A stretch of 62,986 nucleotides of DNA, filler included, from Octopus bimaculoides (GCF_001194135.2; 6 parts of 5 records of this genome joined end to end with filler, not necessarily neighbours in it); one strand, 5' to 3'; shown: positions 25,961 to 39,261, counted from the first letter of the whole stretch. Program-made: numbers and translations. Notes: generated by a model from the sequence alone, not told the origin.

Positions 25961-26249
25961 ACCGAATAAAAAGATGAGATTGGCTCGGATGAAACACCTG
26001 TGATCATAAGCTTTCTGAATCAGGATAAGCTGACAACAACAACAACAACAACAACAGCAACAGTAGCGGTAACAACAACAACTTAACTAGGCTCAGATAT
26101 TACTGGTCCCTTTCAGTCAAAGAGAAAAACTAAGGGAGGCAACTGCTGCTCTCTTATAAGCAACTGTAATTATTGTATTCTATACACAACCATTTCTACC
26201 CCTGTTTTTCTATTTCTTTAAGAGAAAAATAACTGGGTTTGGTGGAAGA

Positions 26250-26907
26250 CATTTCTGGAAAGACAAACTGAATTACAAAGCTAGTCCAAAACCTTCACTG
26301 GCTACTAGGCCAGAAGTATGGATATGAGGTAACGGGTGTTTGATAACAACATAGATCGGAAAAGGTAATGAACGAAAACAGGAAGACAAAGATCCTCTGG
26401 GACTTTGACTTCCAGACAAACAAGGTGTTAGAGCACTGAAGGCCGGATATTAGGAGAGACGAGCAAGAATGCCTAATAATTGACGTGACAGAACCAGAAG
26501 ATCAACATATTATCATGGAAGAAACAGAAAATGTCGACAAATATGGTGACTTGAAGATTGAGATTGCCAAGATGTGGAAGCTGCGAGAGTCGAACATAAA
26601 GGTTGTTCCTGTTGTCATAGGAGCGTTGGGTTCTGGACACTTTAGCAATACTCTACAATGTTAGTGTATTGCAAAATTCGACTTTACTTGGAACTGCATG
26701 CATACTTCGTAAGTACTGTCTGTCTGAGGTCCTTCTTATGACTTGACAGACAGTACAAACCCCGGTACACACAATATCTTCAATCTACAACATCCCAATA
26801 TTAGATACTGTGCGACATCTCAAAGAAGAAGAAGAAGAAGAAGAAGAAGAAGAAGAAGAAGAAGAAGAAGAAGAAGAAGAAGAAGAAGAAGAAGAAGAAG
26901 AAGAAGA
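26250..26907 (+). mobile_element. R4/Dong-like LINE 3' end (restriction-like endonuclease) with (GAA)n tail
   Basis: KILWDFDFQT..., RPDI, CLIIDVTEPED, KYGDLKIEIAKMW, VVPVVIGALG, then a short UTR and (GAA)n at ~26823-26907. Confidence 0.8.
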
Positions 26908-27334
26908 ATGTGACTGTTATCGAATGAACAATATTTCGACACTTCGTGTGTCTTCCACATCTTCAAAATGATCATTTCAATCTACTTCATTTTGGTAATA
27001 TTTAAGGATTGATGTTACTCCTCATGAAGTATCGAAATATTGTTCATTCGATAACAGTCGCACTCTTCTTATTGTTCCTTTACCTTCGGGAGGAATAACA
27101 TCAATCCTTAAATATTAATAAAAATGATAATAATAATTCCTTTGTATTATAAGCACAAGGCCTGAAATTTCTGGGAGCGGGGCCAGTCGATCAGATCGAC
27201 CCCAGTACGCAACTGGCTCTTAATTTATCGACCCCAAAAGGTTGAAAGGCAAAGTCGACCTCGGCGGAATTTGAACTCAGAATGTAGCGTCGGACTTAAA
27301 TAACCTCATCTATTCCACTGCTAAAGTTGTAACT

Positions 27335-28672
27335 GCTCAGTTAGGAATTAGGACGACACAGAAAAGAACCAGCCATGTCAATAGACCTCCTAAGTGGAAA
27401 GTAACAATACAAAAAGAGATCGAATTTTTGCGAGCGGATGTATCAGTTCTCGATGAACTTGCTAAAGGAGTAAATGTTAAGACGAAACAAACTACAAAAA
27501 TCAAGCAAACATATAAAATCAAAGATTTTATAAGCCTCCTTGCAACCAAGGAACTTGTGAAACAACGAATACAACGGCTCAGAAAGTATGACAAAAGAAT
27601 CAAATTTTATCGACAAAACAAGGTATTCAAGACAAATGTAAAACATTTTACATGGAAATTGGCAAAAGCAAGAGAGAAGTAAAGGAGCCACCCAAGACTG
27701 AGGAAATAGAAGAGTTCTGGAAGAAGATATGGAGCGACAAAAAAGAATACAATGCTGAAGCTCACTGGATAGAGCATGAGAAAGTGAGACTGGATGAAGC
27801 TGAAGAGCGGAAATGAGAGGCAATAGGAGAAGAAGAGCTAAGACATGTTCTAAGAAAGTCTCAAAAATGGAGAACCCCAGGACTGGATCGGATCCCTAAC
27901 TTCTGACTGAATTGTTTGACAGAAGTACACCAAAATTTTGCTGCATCTCTAACTGATGTCATCCAGAATCTAGAGCAAACACCTGCCTGGTTGACCGAAG
28001 AAACACCAAAACTTGAAGACACAAAAAGTCCAAAGAACTACCGACCAATAACATGTCTCAACACCACCTACAAGATCCTCATATCGATACTAACTGAAAG
28101 AATATACACTTTCCAGGAACAGAACTCTATCCTTCCACAAGCTCAAAAGGGTTGTAAAAGGAATTCTTATAGATGCAAAGATCAATTACTCATAAATAAA
28201 ATGATTGCAGAGAATTTCCGTAGCAACAAGAAGAACCTGAATATGGCATGGATAGACTATAGGAAAGCGTTTGATAGTGTCCTACATAATTTGCTACTCG
28301 AGACCTTTGGGATATACAAGATCTCTCCTGTAGTCTCCAAATTCTTACAAAGTAACATGGCGAAGTGGAATTCACGTATCCTTCTAAACCATAGTAATGA
28401 GATGGGCCAATCTAACAACATCAACATCAAACGAGGCATCTTTCAAGATGACTCCCTCTCTCCATTACTCTTTTGCATGGCACTGACCCCATTCTCAAAC
28501 GAACAGAGTAACACCAGGTATGGGTTCAAAATGTATAATATTATGGCCAATCATGTTTTAAGTGGACGATCTGAAGCTGTTTGCTAGAAATGACGAAGAG
28601 TTCGTAGGACTGTTAACAATTGTTAAGGCGTTCAACAATGACATCGGGATGGATTTTGGCTTTGATAAGTGT
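27335..28672 (+). mobile_element. R4/Dong-like LINE RT fragment
   Basis: KNYRPITCLNTTYKIL, QKGCKRNSYRCKDQLLINKMI, AWIDYRKAFDSV, IKRGIFQDDSLSPLLFC, VDDLKLFARND; interrupted at ~28680 by the Tx1 fragment. Confidence 0.85.
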
Positions 28673-28679
28673 GTCCGAG

Positions 28680-29625
28680 AACGTCATTGAACTTTCCCTC
28701 CACTAACACTCTATAGAACGATAGAGTGGAACCACCACCGACCGCATTGCCTGCCTGGCGGAGGGCTGTGACCGCTTGACAGCACACGAGGTACCAAGCG
28801 TCCCTCCTCGGTCTACGCCTAATCCAGGATTGCAACTCAGTCAAAAGACGAGCTGTGGAAGAGCGTGTCTGACAAACGGCGACCACACCTGCTCACCGTC
28901 AAGGAAACGCTGGAGATGCCGTAGCCTGAGCGCATGTCTGCACATCAGCAACCACAGCATACTCAGGCCTCCATTCAGCGCCTGACCGCTGGAACGCACC
29001 CCTTCTACAGAAAGCAAAAGAGTAAGTGCACCAGCATGGTCAACCAGCAAACGGGGCAAGTGACGACGGTCAAGTGGTAATAAATTACGGATGCGATGTA
29101 CGCATTCGCCAAATCCACTCGACCTTTCAGGGACAGCCTCCTCTCGGCACATTTTTGGGTGATATTGGCTACCCTGTTCGTCACCTCGTCCCAGTTTTTC
29201 GCCACTTGGAGGTCTGGACCGAACCAGACCCCGAGCAATTTAACCAGACCGTCTGTCCAGCACCCCATAACACTGTTGGACAGCATGGGCTTGCCTCTCA
29301 AGGTGCCAAGCTGCAAGCCCACTGACTTTTATGCGTTAATTTTTGCTCCTGTCACCGCTTCATATTCTTATAGTGTGTCGCCAATCAGGTCTCTACGCCT
29401 GTGGCTCGACACTATGACGGCGACATCGTCGGCGTATGCAGACACGCTTCTCCCACATCCTAGAGCACGCGGGACACCCCTCAAAACCTCCAACTTGCGC
29501 AGCAGCGGCTCAAGAGTCAGTACATATAGAAGGGAGGAGAGTGGGCACCCTTTACGGACCGAGTGCAAAATGCTGAACGGTTCTGATGGTTGACAATTTA
29601 CCCAGACAACCGAGCAGATGCCGCT
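28680..29625 (-). mobile_element. Tx1/L1-clade LINE fragment (second subfamily)
   Basis: VRKGCPLSSLLYVLTLEPLL, SVSAYADDVAVIV, LGVWFGPDLQVAKNWDEV, RRLSLKGRVDLANAYIASVI; homologous to 19.8-20.7 kb. Confidence 0.85.
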
Positions 29626-29639
29626 GTACAAAACAGCAA

Positions 29640-29822
29640 TCCAACAGCTGGAAGCACAAGGCCTCAAATTTTGGGGGAAGAGATTAAGTCGATTACATCG
29701 ACTCCAATGCGTACCAGTTACAACCCAGAAAGGATGAAAAGCAAAGTCAACCTCGGCGAAATTTGAACTCAGAATGTGAAGCATTTTGCCCGGCGTGCTA
29801 ACGATTCTGCCAGCTCACCGCC
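29640..29822 (-). mobile_element. SINE family B
   Basis: Reverse complement of the family B consensus. Confidence 0.8.
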
Positions 29823-29825
29823 CTC

Positions 29826-29904
<79 letters not shown>

Positions 29905-29920
29905 CAACAACAACAACAGC

Positions 29921-29963
<43 letters not shown>

Positions 29964-30709
29964 GAGTTTCTCTTCTTCGTGATGATTTTCTTTCATATAT
30001 TGCTATAATTTTTGAGAGTGAAAATATTTTGGTGGTGAAATGAATTCAATGGTTTGTATTGTTTAGAAAGACATAAAGAACGGAAGAATTAAAGATATAC
30101 ACAAACAAACGAAGGCGAGAAAATAGAAAAAATAAATAAATAAATCCAATTGAATTTACAACTATTTCCTGCAGAAAAGAGTATTTAAGCTGTGTAAATT
30201 ATCAGAAATTCTGGCATCTATGTGACAGAAGCAGACTTCTGACATCTTAGGAATATCAATGTTTACAAACAGACAACCGCATGTTTTCTGCGCCGGAAGC
30301 ACAGAAGCAAATATGTAAAACAGTTCTATTCGAAAGCATTATCTGGGTGGGTAGGGGAAATTATTTCTAGTGAGCTTTGTATTCCGTATTTGTGTGTGTG
30401 AGACAGAGAGAGAGAGAGTGTGTGTGTGTGTGTGTATGTGTGTGTGCGTGTTTGTGTGTGTGTGTGTGTGTGTGTGTGAGTGAGTGTGTTTGTGTAAGTT
30501 TGTGTGTGTGTGAGTTTGTGTGTGTGTGTGAGAGCGAGAGAGTGAGAGAGAGAAAATACCAGCTAGTTCGTTTACCCACGCTCCCTCGTTGGTTTGTACA
30601 TAAATTAATATCTATGCATGCTTATGTACATGTATATGTGCGTCTCTGTATGTATAAAAACGTGCTTCTGTGTATATGTATTTGTGTTTGCTTTTGTGTG
30701 TGGGTGTGG

Positions 30710-30776
<67 letters not shown>

Positions 30777-31941
30777 TAAATTATTCAAGAAACGCGAGGC
30801 ACGGTTCATGACCTTTAAAAGTGCTCCCTGATAAAGTGACTAAAGTAAATGAAGCTCAGCCTGAACGTCTGCAAGGCAACGTCCGCAGAAAAACGTGGTG
30901 AAGATGAGAAAGTATTCTTAGCAGAATACTTGGAACTAAAGGAAGTCTGCTGAAGGTACACTAAATCCCGTCCGCCTTATACACACTAAATGCCGCCTGC
31001 CTTATATACATTCAACCGTTGTCAATTGGCATAATTAACGGCTTGTGAGGACGATTACAATCCAAGAACGTGGTGTAGACTATGTTTAAGGAGACACTCG
31101 TATTTACAGAAAATTTGAAAATATAATATTAATCATCAACTGATATTTCCTTTCTCTGGGTGTACAATCCTGTTTCAGCGATTTGATGCACTTTCCATAA
31201 AATTTGCTTTCAGATTCTTCAGTATTATTGTTTGAGTAATATATCAGAATTAATTTTGAAGCATTTCCCTGTACACATGTACTGTTCTTTGGATTTATGT
31301 CGAATTTCATTCGCAAATAGCCATTTAGGTTAGTTACTGCGAGTTAACATTTCCACCGAAGAAAGCTAATAAATCTAAAATGTCTGTAATTTTCTATCGT
31401 TCTTACCGGTAAAATGAAATAAATATTAATAGACAGCGACTTATATAATTTCTTTCTCTTAACCTCATTTTTGATCCTATTTCAACCTCATAATGTTCTA
31501 TACATTGCATATGCTTTCCGCCATCTGATAATTACTTCAATATTTTGTTTAGCCGAGGTCGACTTTGTCTTTCAACTTTTCGGGGTCGATAAAATAAATT
31601 GAGCACTGGTACCCGAGAATGCTGACCTTGTGCCAAAATTTGAAATCGATATTTTGTGGCTATTACATGAGTTTTACTGAAATAAGTGGAAACGACTCAA
31701 CAAAATGAAAGTAATAAACTTCAACTCAAAGATTTTTCAATTCTTACTTTCTGTTTCAGTTTCTTTTCCTAATTTCTCAGCAATAAAACTTTCAACATAG
31801 GTGTATATGAATGTGTTAATTTTTAATGTAAACTAGCTCCCTGTGGGCAATAAAGAAATAAATATTTCAATGTAATCATTATTAAACACTATATCCAGCC
31901 AAACTATTCATTTTATCTCATTAATATTTACAAAAAACGAA

Positions 31942-32132
31942 GGCAATAAGCTGGCAGAATCGTTAGCACGCTGAGCAAAATGCTTAGCTGCATTTCGTCC
32001 GCCTTTACGATCTGAGTTCAAATTCCGCCTTTCACCCTTTCAGGGTCGATAAAATAAGTACCAGTTTAGCATTGTGGTCGATATAATCGACTCACTCCCT
32101 CCCTCGAAATTGGTAGCCTTGTGCCAAAATTT
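31942..32132 (+). mobile_element. SINE family B
   Basis: aagctggcagaatcgttagcacg...gagttcaaattccgcc...gggtcgataaaataagtacc. Confidence 0.8.
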
Positions 32133-32329
32133 AAAATCAATATTTATATGAGATTATATGGGGGTATGTGTGTAAATACACAAACGCACACACACGCGCA
32201 CACACTCACATACACACACATACATACACATAAACATACACATACATACACACACATACATATATTCGACGGGCTTCTTTCAGTTTCCGGTTATCAAATC
32301 CAATGGTAAGGATTTGATTAGGGAATTTG

Positions 32330-33934
32330 GTAGGATTAGGAGGATTTTATAGAGACGACGAGCAAAGATCTCAAACTGCTTAAGTGGGCTACTAAAGGAT
32401 TGTGATGAATCTTATTTCAAACAAACACTGCTTGAGATTGAAAGTGAACTGAACCACTCTCATGAGAAGGAGAGGGCAGAGAAAGAAGCCAGGGCTGTAA
32501 ACAATGCAAAAGCAAACCCTAAAGCCTTCTATAAGTTTGGAGAGTACGGTACAAGATAAGGCCACTGTTCGAAGAAAATGGCTCACCGACTGAAGACGCC
32601 TAAATGGTAAGTGAAATACTGAATGTGCAATACAAGTGTTTTCACAACTCCGTTGGGACATCTGCAAATAGTTATGCCTGATGTGGTATTCGACACCACA
32701 GTTCTACACAAAGAGATGACGACTATTGATTACATCGAAATAGAGGAAACTGATTAAATATCAGCCATTGATGTAATGAGCTTAAACTCAGCCACAGGCC
32801 CTGATTGATTTCCAGCAATGCTCTTAAAGAAATGAAAGAGTGCTCTACAAGGCCACTACTGAATCTCTTCCAAAGTTTCCTTGCAACTGGAAGACTTCCC
32901 AGAAAGTTAAAGGAAGGCGGAATATGTCCTGTCCACAGACAACAACACTTACAAGCTATGACAATGGCACAAAAGTAGTACAAGCAGTCAAGAAACTTCT
33001 CGATGTTAATTTCCTACAGAAAGACCTAGATGCCGTAAGTAAATGGGATGAAGAAAACAACATGCAATTTAATGCAGGAAAATTCCGACCCTCTGCTATC
33101 AGCTAGTTTGTGCTAACAAGCCGCGATAACGATACTTTGGACCAAAAGAGCGGCAAACCCAGAGTCAAGTACGTGATCTGGAGTTTGATATGAGCAACAA
33201 CGCCTCGTTTCCCATATCCTCACAAGGGTGGCATGTGCAGGCGAATGGCCGGATGGGTTCGGAGAACTTTCAGAACACGGGATCAGAGAACTATGCTGGT
33301 TCTATGGAGGACATTTGCACTCAACCGTTTAGACTATTGCTCTAAATTGTGGTCACCCTATAGTGTCAAATTAATAGCGGAATTTGAGGTAGTACAGCGG
33401 TACAACACCAGGGAAGATTACATCAATAGAACAGCTGAGCTACTGGGAGAGATTGAAAGAGTTACGATTCTACGCATATCTATCCCCTGAAGATGGAATA
33501 GATATGCAGTGATATACGCATGGAAGATCGTGGAGGGCTTGACACCAAACTTGATATCGAGAGCTATCCCAGACCCCGAATTGGATGTCACTGCATGGTT
33601 CCAAAGGTCCAACCCATCCCATCTAGTGTGAAGACCATGTACTGCAATAGGTTGGGATTCAAGGGTTCACGTCTATTTAATTCCTTACCAGAACGTATGA
33701 GAGATCTTCCTCGAGTGGTATGGATGCTTTCAAGAAACAACTTGATTTCCTGCTATCCACTGTCCGAGATGCACCTACATCACCGCAAGAAACTCAAAAG
33801 AGGGTAACAATATAGAACTTCCTCCTTCACCAAAAGCCAACGACGGAAGAATGACCATTGAAAAGGTGATAATACTGGCAGTGTTCCAGCATGGCCACAG
33901 CCTTTGGGCTGAAACGTTTAAAAGAAAAAAGAAT
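32330..33934 (+). mobile_element. CR1-like LINE copy 2 (same family as 10561-11801) with internal RT deletion
   Basis: NPKAFYKF, SATGPD, TLTSYDNGTKV, LQKDLDAVSKWDEENNMQFNAGKF, RLDYCSKLWSPY; colinear with copy 1 to a shared 3' tail. Confidence 0.85.
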
Positions 33935-34184
33935 ACAAATATTAACACTATATATGCATATATATATATATGTAGGTATATGATTGTATGTGTGTGTGTA
34001 TGCGTGTGTATGTGTGTGTATGCGTGTGCGTGCATACAGATATACACACACATATACCCTTTTGCAAACATTCGGCCAAGTACTCGATTTCAAGCCAACT
34101 TCCCTATTTCCTTCCATGTATCTTGGCGGTTTTAAGAAAGGCTATGGGTGTTACCTTTCCTTCTTTCACGGTATATATTTTCCT

Positions 34185-34830
34185 TTTATGGAAACAGAGT
34201 CTGCGTCACCATGCACATGCACTCTCATGTTAGTAGTCAGGTTTAGTTTCTGGACATATTGCCATAGGCAGGCTGACTTGATGTAAGCGTAAACTTCGTC
34301 AACTCTAGTGCCTCTAGTGATTACAGGAAGTGTCTGTCGAAAATCGTCAGCCATCAGTACCGTCGCTCCATCCATTACGCGTGAATTTCGACGCAAGTCT
34401 GTGGGAGTTCGCTCAAGAGCCTAAAAGGCCGTCTTGTGACTCATTGTAGCCTCGTCCCAAATGATTAGACAACAATCACAAATAAGTTTTCCTTTTGAGT
34501 CGCCACGATTTATTTTGCAAGGAGAATTCTCCTTCTATGCAAGGTCCATAGGTAATTGGAATGCGGAGTGTGCCGTACGACCGCCATGCAACAGTGTCAC
34601 CGCAATAACACTTCACTTAAGGCGACCGCTCGTGTCTTTCCGCAGCTTCGCAAGCAGTAAGTTGATGAGAAAGGTTTTTCCTGTTCCAGCTGGAGCGTCC
34701 AAGAAGAGCAGACCCTCATTTAAATTGACACTGGCAAGAATTCTGTCATACGCCCGTCTCTGCTCAGGCAAAAGTCTGGGTTCATCTTGAGCAACCTGAT
34801 CTGTCAATTCCTCTATGTTGTAATTCACCT
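34185..34830 (-). mobile_element. Helitron Pif1-type helicase fragment
   Basis: FLDAPAGTGKTFLINLLL (Walker A), GGRTAHS, IIWDEATMSHK, DFRQTLPVITRG, LTTNMRV; internal stops. Confidence 0.9.
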
Positions 34831-35104
34831 CATTTGGCTGTTATTTCTAGGAAGTTAATTACCACGTATAGGAAAACATGCGGCCGTCAACGCTTTCTCT
34901 CTATAGACATAGACAGACGTTCAGAGAGAGAGAGGCAGTGGGAGAAAAAGCGACAGAGAGACGGTGAAGACGGAGAGGGGAAGAGAGAGAGTGGAAGCTG
35001 TCAAACATCGTTATAGATAGAAAATGGAGGGAAGGGTGGAAAGAGAGAGATCGAGGAAGAAAGGGTGATTGCCGAAAGGGAGAAACGACAAACATTTGTC
35101 AAAG

Positions 35105-35525
35105 TCCGTTTAAAAACGAGGAATTTTGCTCTAACGGCCAAGCCTTTCAATGGAGCAAACTGAAATTTGTCATGCATACTCACCAGCACGTTCCCATTAG
35201 GCGTGCAAATCTTCAGCTCAATCCGACAATGTTTACTAACACTTTTGCCTGTACAACTGCCCGTACAACTTCTGCTCTTTTCACAAATATATCATAGACT
35301 TACAGAGATACCCGGCCTTGCTCGGGACTAAAATAGTTTATTATTGTTTTACTCGTGTCGGTATTATAGCCCGATTTCATTCGGGTGTACGCGGGCCACA
35401 TTTTAAAAGATGAGGAATTTTGCGCTAGAGGCAACGCTTTTCAATTGAGCAAACTCAAAGTTGCCATGCAAACTCGCCAGCACTTTTAACATAGGTGTGC
35501 AAATTTTCAACTCAATCCGACCACA
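35105..35525. mobile_element. Non-autonomous Helitron-like sequence with a ~115-bp diverged direct repeat and a 3'-hairpin-like motif
   Basis: gaggaattttgc...ctcaatccgac occurs at ~35118-35226 and ~35412-35521; cccggccttgctcggg hairpin at ~35311-35326. Confidence 0.4.
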
Positions 35526-35606
35526 TATGCACACATTATATGCACATCATATATATATATATACGCATTAAATATATATATGTATATATATACACATTAT
35601 ACACAT

Positions 35607-35638
<32 letters not shown>

Positions 35639-35711
35639 GATATATATATATATATATATATATATAAATTTAGTGAATGGAGTAAAACGCATATGTTAAC
35701 TGCATACTTTT

Positions 35712-35798
35712 ATTTCCAACATATGTTTCGAAGATTACAAATTATACCTTCCATAGGAATCGGTGATGTTAAGAATGTAATCTTCTCTTCAGGGAAAT
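35712..35798 (-). ncRNA. Type I hammerhead ribozyme motif (Penelope-associated type), apparently intact
   Basis: Minus strand: helix I AUUUCC/GGAAAU; core CUGAAGA; helix II GAAGAUUACA/UGUAAUCUUC with a 36-nt loop; GAAA; palindromic helix III ACAUAUGU; cleavage triplet GUU. Confidence 0.8.
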
Positions 35799-36286
35799 GC
35801 ATGGGAACCAGCTTAAACGTAAGACATTTTAACCGAATATGAGAACTGCAGTTGGAGAAGGTTGTTACGTAATTTATTTGAAAAAGCTGTTGGAGATTAG
35901 GACACTACCAGACAGTACGTTGGACAAGAAAGGAAGAAAAGAAGGAATGAAAAAAAGAAAGAAAATTTAGAGTGTAAATTTGGGAGATAATAAGATGATT
36001 TAAATCCGATAAAAATTGGAGAGGAATGTTATGTAAATAATGGGATCGTATTTCTACAAATAGTGCTGAGATAAATGTGTATAATCATATATACTCATGT
36101 ATACGCACATATATACACACATACATACTCACACACATACATACATACACATACATACACACACACACACACATATATATATATACGTATACACACACAC
36201 ACACACATATATACACATATACATACATAAACACACACATACATAAACATACATCCAACCAAACATATATATACACAAAAAATAAA

Positions 36287-36321
<35 letters not shown>

Positions 36322-37149
36322 NNNNNNNNNNNNNNNNNNNNNNNNNNNNNNNNNNNNNNNNNNNNTTAATTAATTAANNNNNNNNNNNNNNNNNNNNNNN
36401 NNNNNNNNNNNNNNNNNNNNNTATATATCCGATTTTGTCTTTTTTTCTTCCAAGATTAGTATAACACCTAATTTCTGGAACTTATAATGTCGGCAAAAAT
36501 TCTTGAAGGTAGTCCCGTAAATTAACCAAATTCTAAGTAGAACCCATGGAATAGTTTCTTTTTTTTTTAATTTTTAACGACAGTGAAAACCAAAAAATTT
36601 ATTTGAAGTTTTGTGCCGGGACCAACTGACCTGAATATTTTACTGGTAGTTTATTTTGTAAACATTGGAGGAATAAAACTTGAATTTGACCGTGGTAGGT
36701 TTTGAACTCAGAATGTTTAGTGCTGGAACTAATACTGCAAAGCGTTGCTTCCGACGGTCTAGCGAATCTGCCATTTTCCCGTCTTTTGAGATCCATTAAT
36801 TGAATATATAGGTACTTGATGACCGGACACTCTTCTGTGTCTATGATTTTCTGTCTGTCTGTCTCTCTCATCATATGTGTGTAGCGTTTCTTTAATCATT
36901 GCCTGCAACCAAGCCCAGTATGTGCATTCATCCTGCAATTCTTATCTTAACTCTTTCTGTATCTCTCTTTTACTCTCCCCTTCTCTCGATACGATGTAAA
37001 GCGCGACTAGAGAAACCAACCAACCAACCAGCCAACCAACCAACCAACCAACCAACCAACCAACCAACCAGCCAGCCAGCCAACCAGCCAGATAGACAGC
37101 CAACCAGCCATCATTTTTGTAACAGATACAAATTGTCACATATAATTAT

Positions 37150-38010
37150 ATTGATAATTATATGTTGGATAACCTAATATTAATATTGATATAGCCTATA
37201 TCATTGGTAGATATGTGCTGGAAGATATATGATATATTAACTGTTAATATACTATATATTTCACCATATCACATAATATACTTATATACTATATATAGTT
37301 ACTAAATATATGCAGATATTTCGTTGAATATGTGATGAACGATATGATACTTTTGCTGGCATCTTCTATATTTGTATCTTTGGATATATGATGGATGATA
37401 TCGTATTATTAACTGATCATATACAATATAATTAGATCCTTGGATATCTGTTAGATAATATGATAATTATAGTTGATATATTTTATAATTATATCGTTGG
37501 ATAGTTGCGCTGGATAATATATCACATATTGTTGATATCCTTTATAATTATATAGTGGGATCTATGCTGTTTTATTTGTTTTAGTGATTGGACTGCAGCT
37601 ATGCAAGGTCACTCCCTCAAGGCAGTGTCCCAGGGGCCTTTAGGAGTCTAGTCGAACAAATCGAACCACTTACTTATTGTTTTAAAATTTGGCACCGCTA
37701 AGTTACGGAGACGAAGAAAACAGTACCAGCTTTCAAGTGATGGCGGGGCAAACAAAAAGATACACACACACACACAATAGTCATCCACACAGTTTCTGTC
37801 TACGAAATTCACTGATAAAGCATTGGTCCTCCCGGGGCTATAGCAGAAAATGTTTTCTCATGGTGCCACTCAGTGGGACTGAACTGGAAGCCATGGGGTT
37901 ACGAAGCGAACTTCTTAACAACACTGCCATACTTGCACATATATGTTAGCAAATATAATATATTATTGTTGATATACTACATAACCGTATCACTGGATAT
38001 TTGCGTGGGA
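37150..38010. repeat. Decayed ~59-bp AT-rich minisatellite interrupted by a SINE
   Basis: gttgatat...ataattatat...tggat motif at 37472, 37531 and ~37968; SINE at ~37575-37935. Confidence 0.45.
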
Positions 38011-38695
38011 CAGCCATTTATGTCTTGAAATACTTTCTCAGCAAGACGAGTACAGCAGGGTTAGTGTCAACTACGTGTGACATTATTTAAATTCTTTTTA
38101 CATCACTAATTTTGTCGCAAATCCTATGCTCATATTTTCCATTCCCAGTTCTTATGAATTATGAACCCAACCAGTTAAAAGCTTTTTCGTTTCAAAAAAA
38201 GAATATTTGTTTCATTTCCTCAAGATCTAAAGTCTTGAGTCACGCATTTCAGCGTAATTTTACACCATAAAATTATGCCTAAACTACTGGAATTACGTAT
38301 CTTCCTGGTCACTAGTTCAGTCCCTCTAGTAGCAAACAGAAAGTAAAAAAAAAACCCACCGTTATAAACAGTTACGGTAAGTAGATATTGTCTCGAGTGT
38401 TAGGACTCATAGGGCCGCTTACCCGGTTTCATGGCTCGGACCACAACATTCGCCCTGAACGGGACGCTAATACATCGAGGAGTTACTTATATACAACTGA
38501 TTGGACCAGAGCAATGTGAAATGAAATGTTTTCTGGGAATCGAAACTACAATCTTGTGATGACGATTGCAACGCTCTAACCACTAAGCCATGCGCTTTAA
38601 CGCAGTGCGGTATTGTAGAATTAATATCTATTCTGTTTAGTCCACTCCCCCAAAATTTCGGGGCTTGTACCTAGAGAAGAAAAGAATACAGTTCT

Positions 38696-38905
38696 GCGAG
38701 CTGGCAGAAACGTTAGCACGCCGGGAGAAATGCTTAGCGGTGATTCGTCTGTCTTTACGTTCTGAGTTCAATTTCCACTGAGGTCGACTTTGCCTTTCAT
38801 CCTTTTGGGGTCGATGAATTAAGTTCCAGTTGTGTACAGGGGGTCGATCTAATCGACTGGACCTCTCCCTAAAAAGTTCGTGCCTTGTACCTAGAGTAGA
38901 AAAGA
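38696..38905 (+). mobile_element. SINE family B with a preceding duplicated tail fragment
   Basis: Consensus match; tail cttgtacctagag.agaaaagaata also present at ~38660-38687. Confidence 0.85.
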
Positions 38906-39261
38906 ATATTTTGCTACCGTCTTTGCTAATCTGTGGTTCACTTCCTGAAGGAGTTTGTCTCAAAGGAGAAGAGCTGATATCAGTGTGAGATCAAAGAACT
39001 GGCTTCAGACAGTGCATCACGATGGTAGGCTACTTTTGTGGTAACTTGAATAAGGAAGCTAATACGTTACCAAAATATTGCAAAACTTTTGACTCAACGC
39101 AATACTTTGGTACCTTTCAGTGCTTTGTTTTCAAATAGACAACTTTCTACATCATTAAATCAATCCAGCAAGATTGAAACAGAGACTGTGTGACGTAATT
39201 ATACTCATTAAAACTTGAAGCTAGAATACTACCTATATTTGTCGGCAAAATTCAGTTCTCT

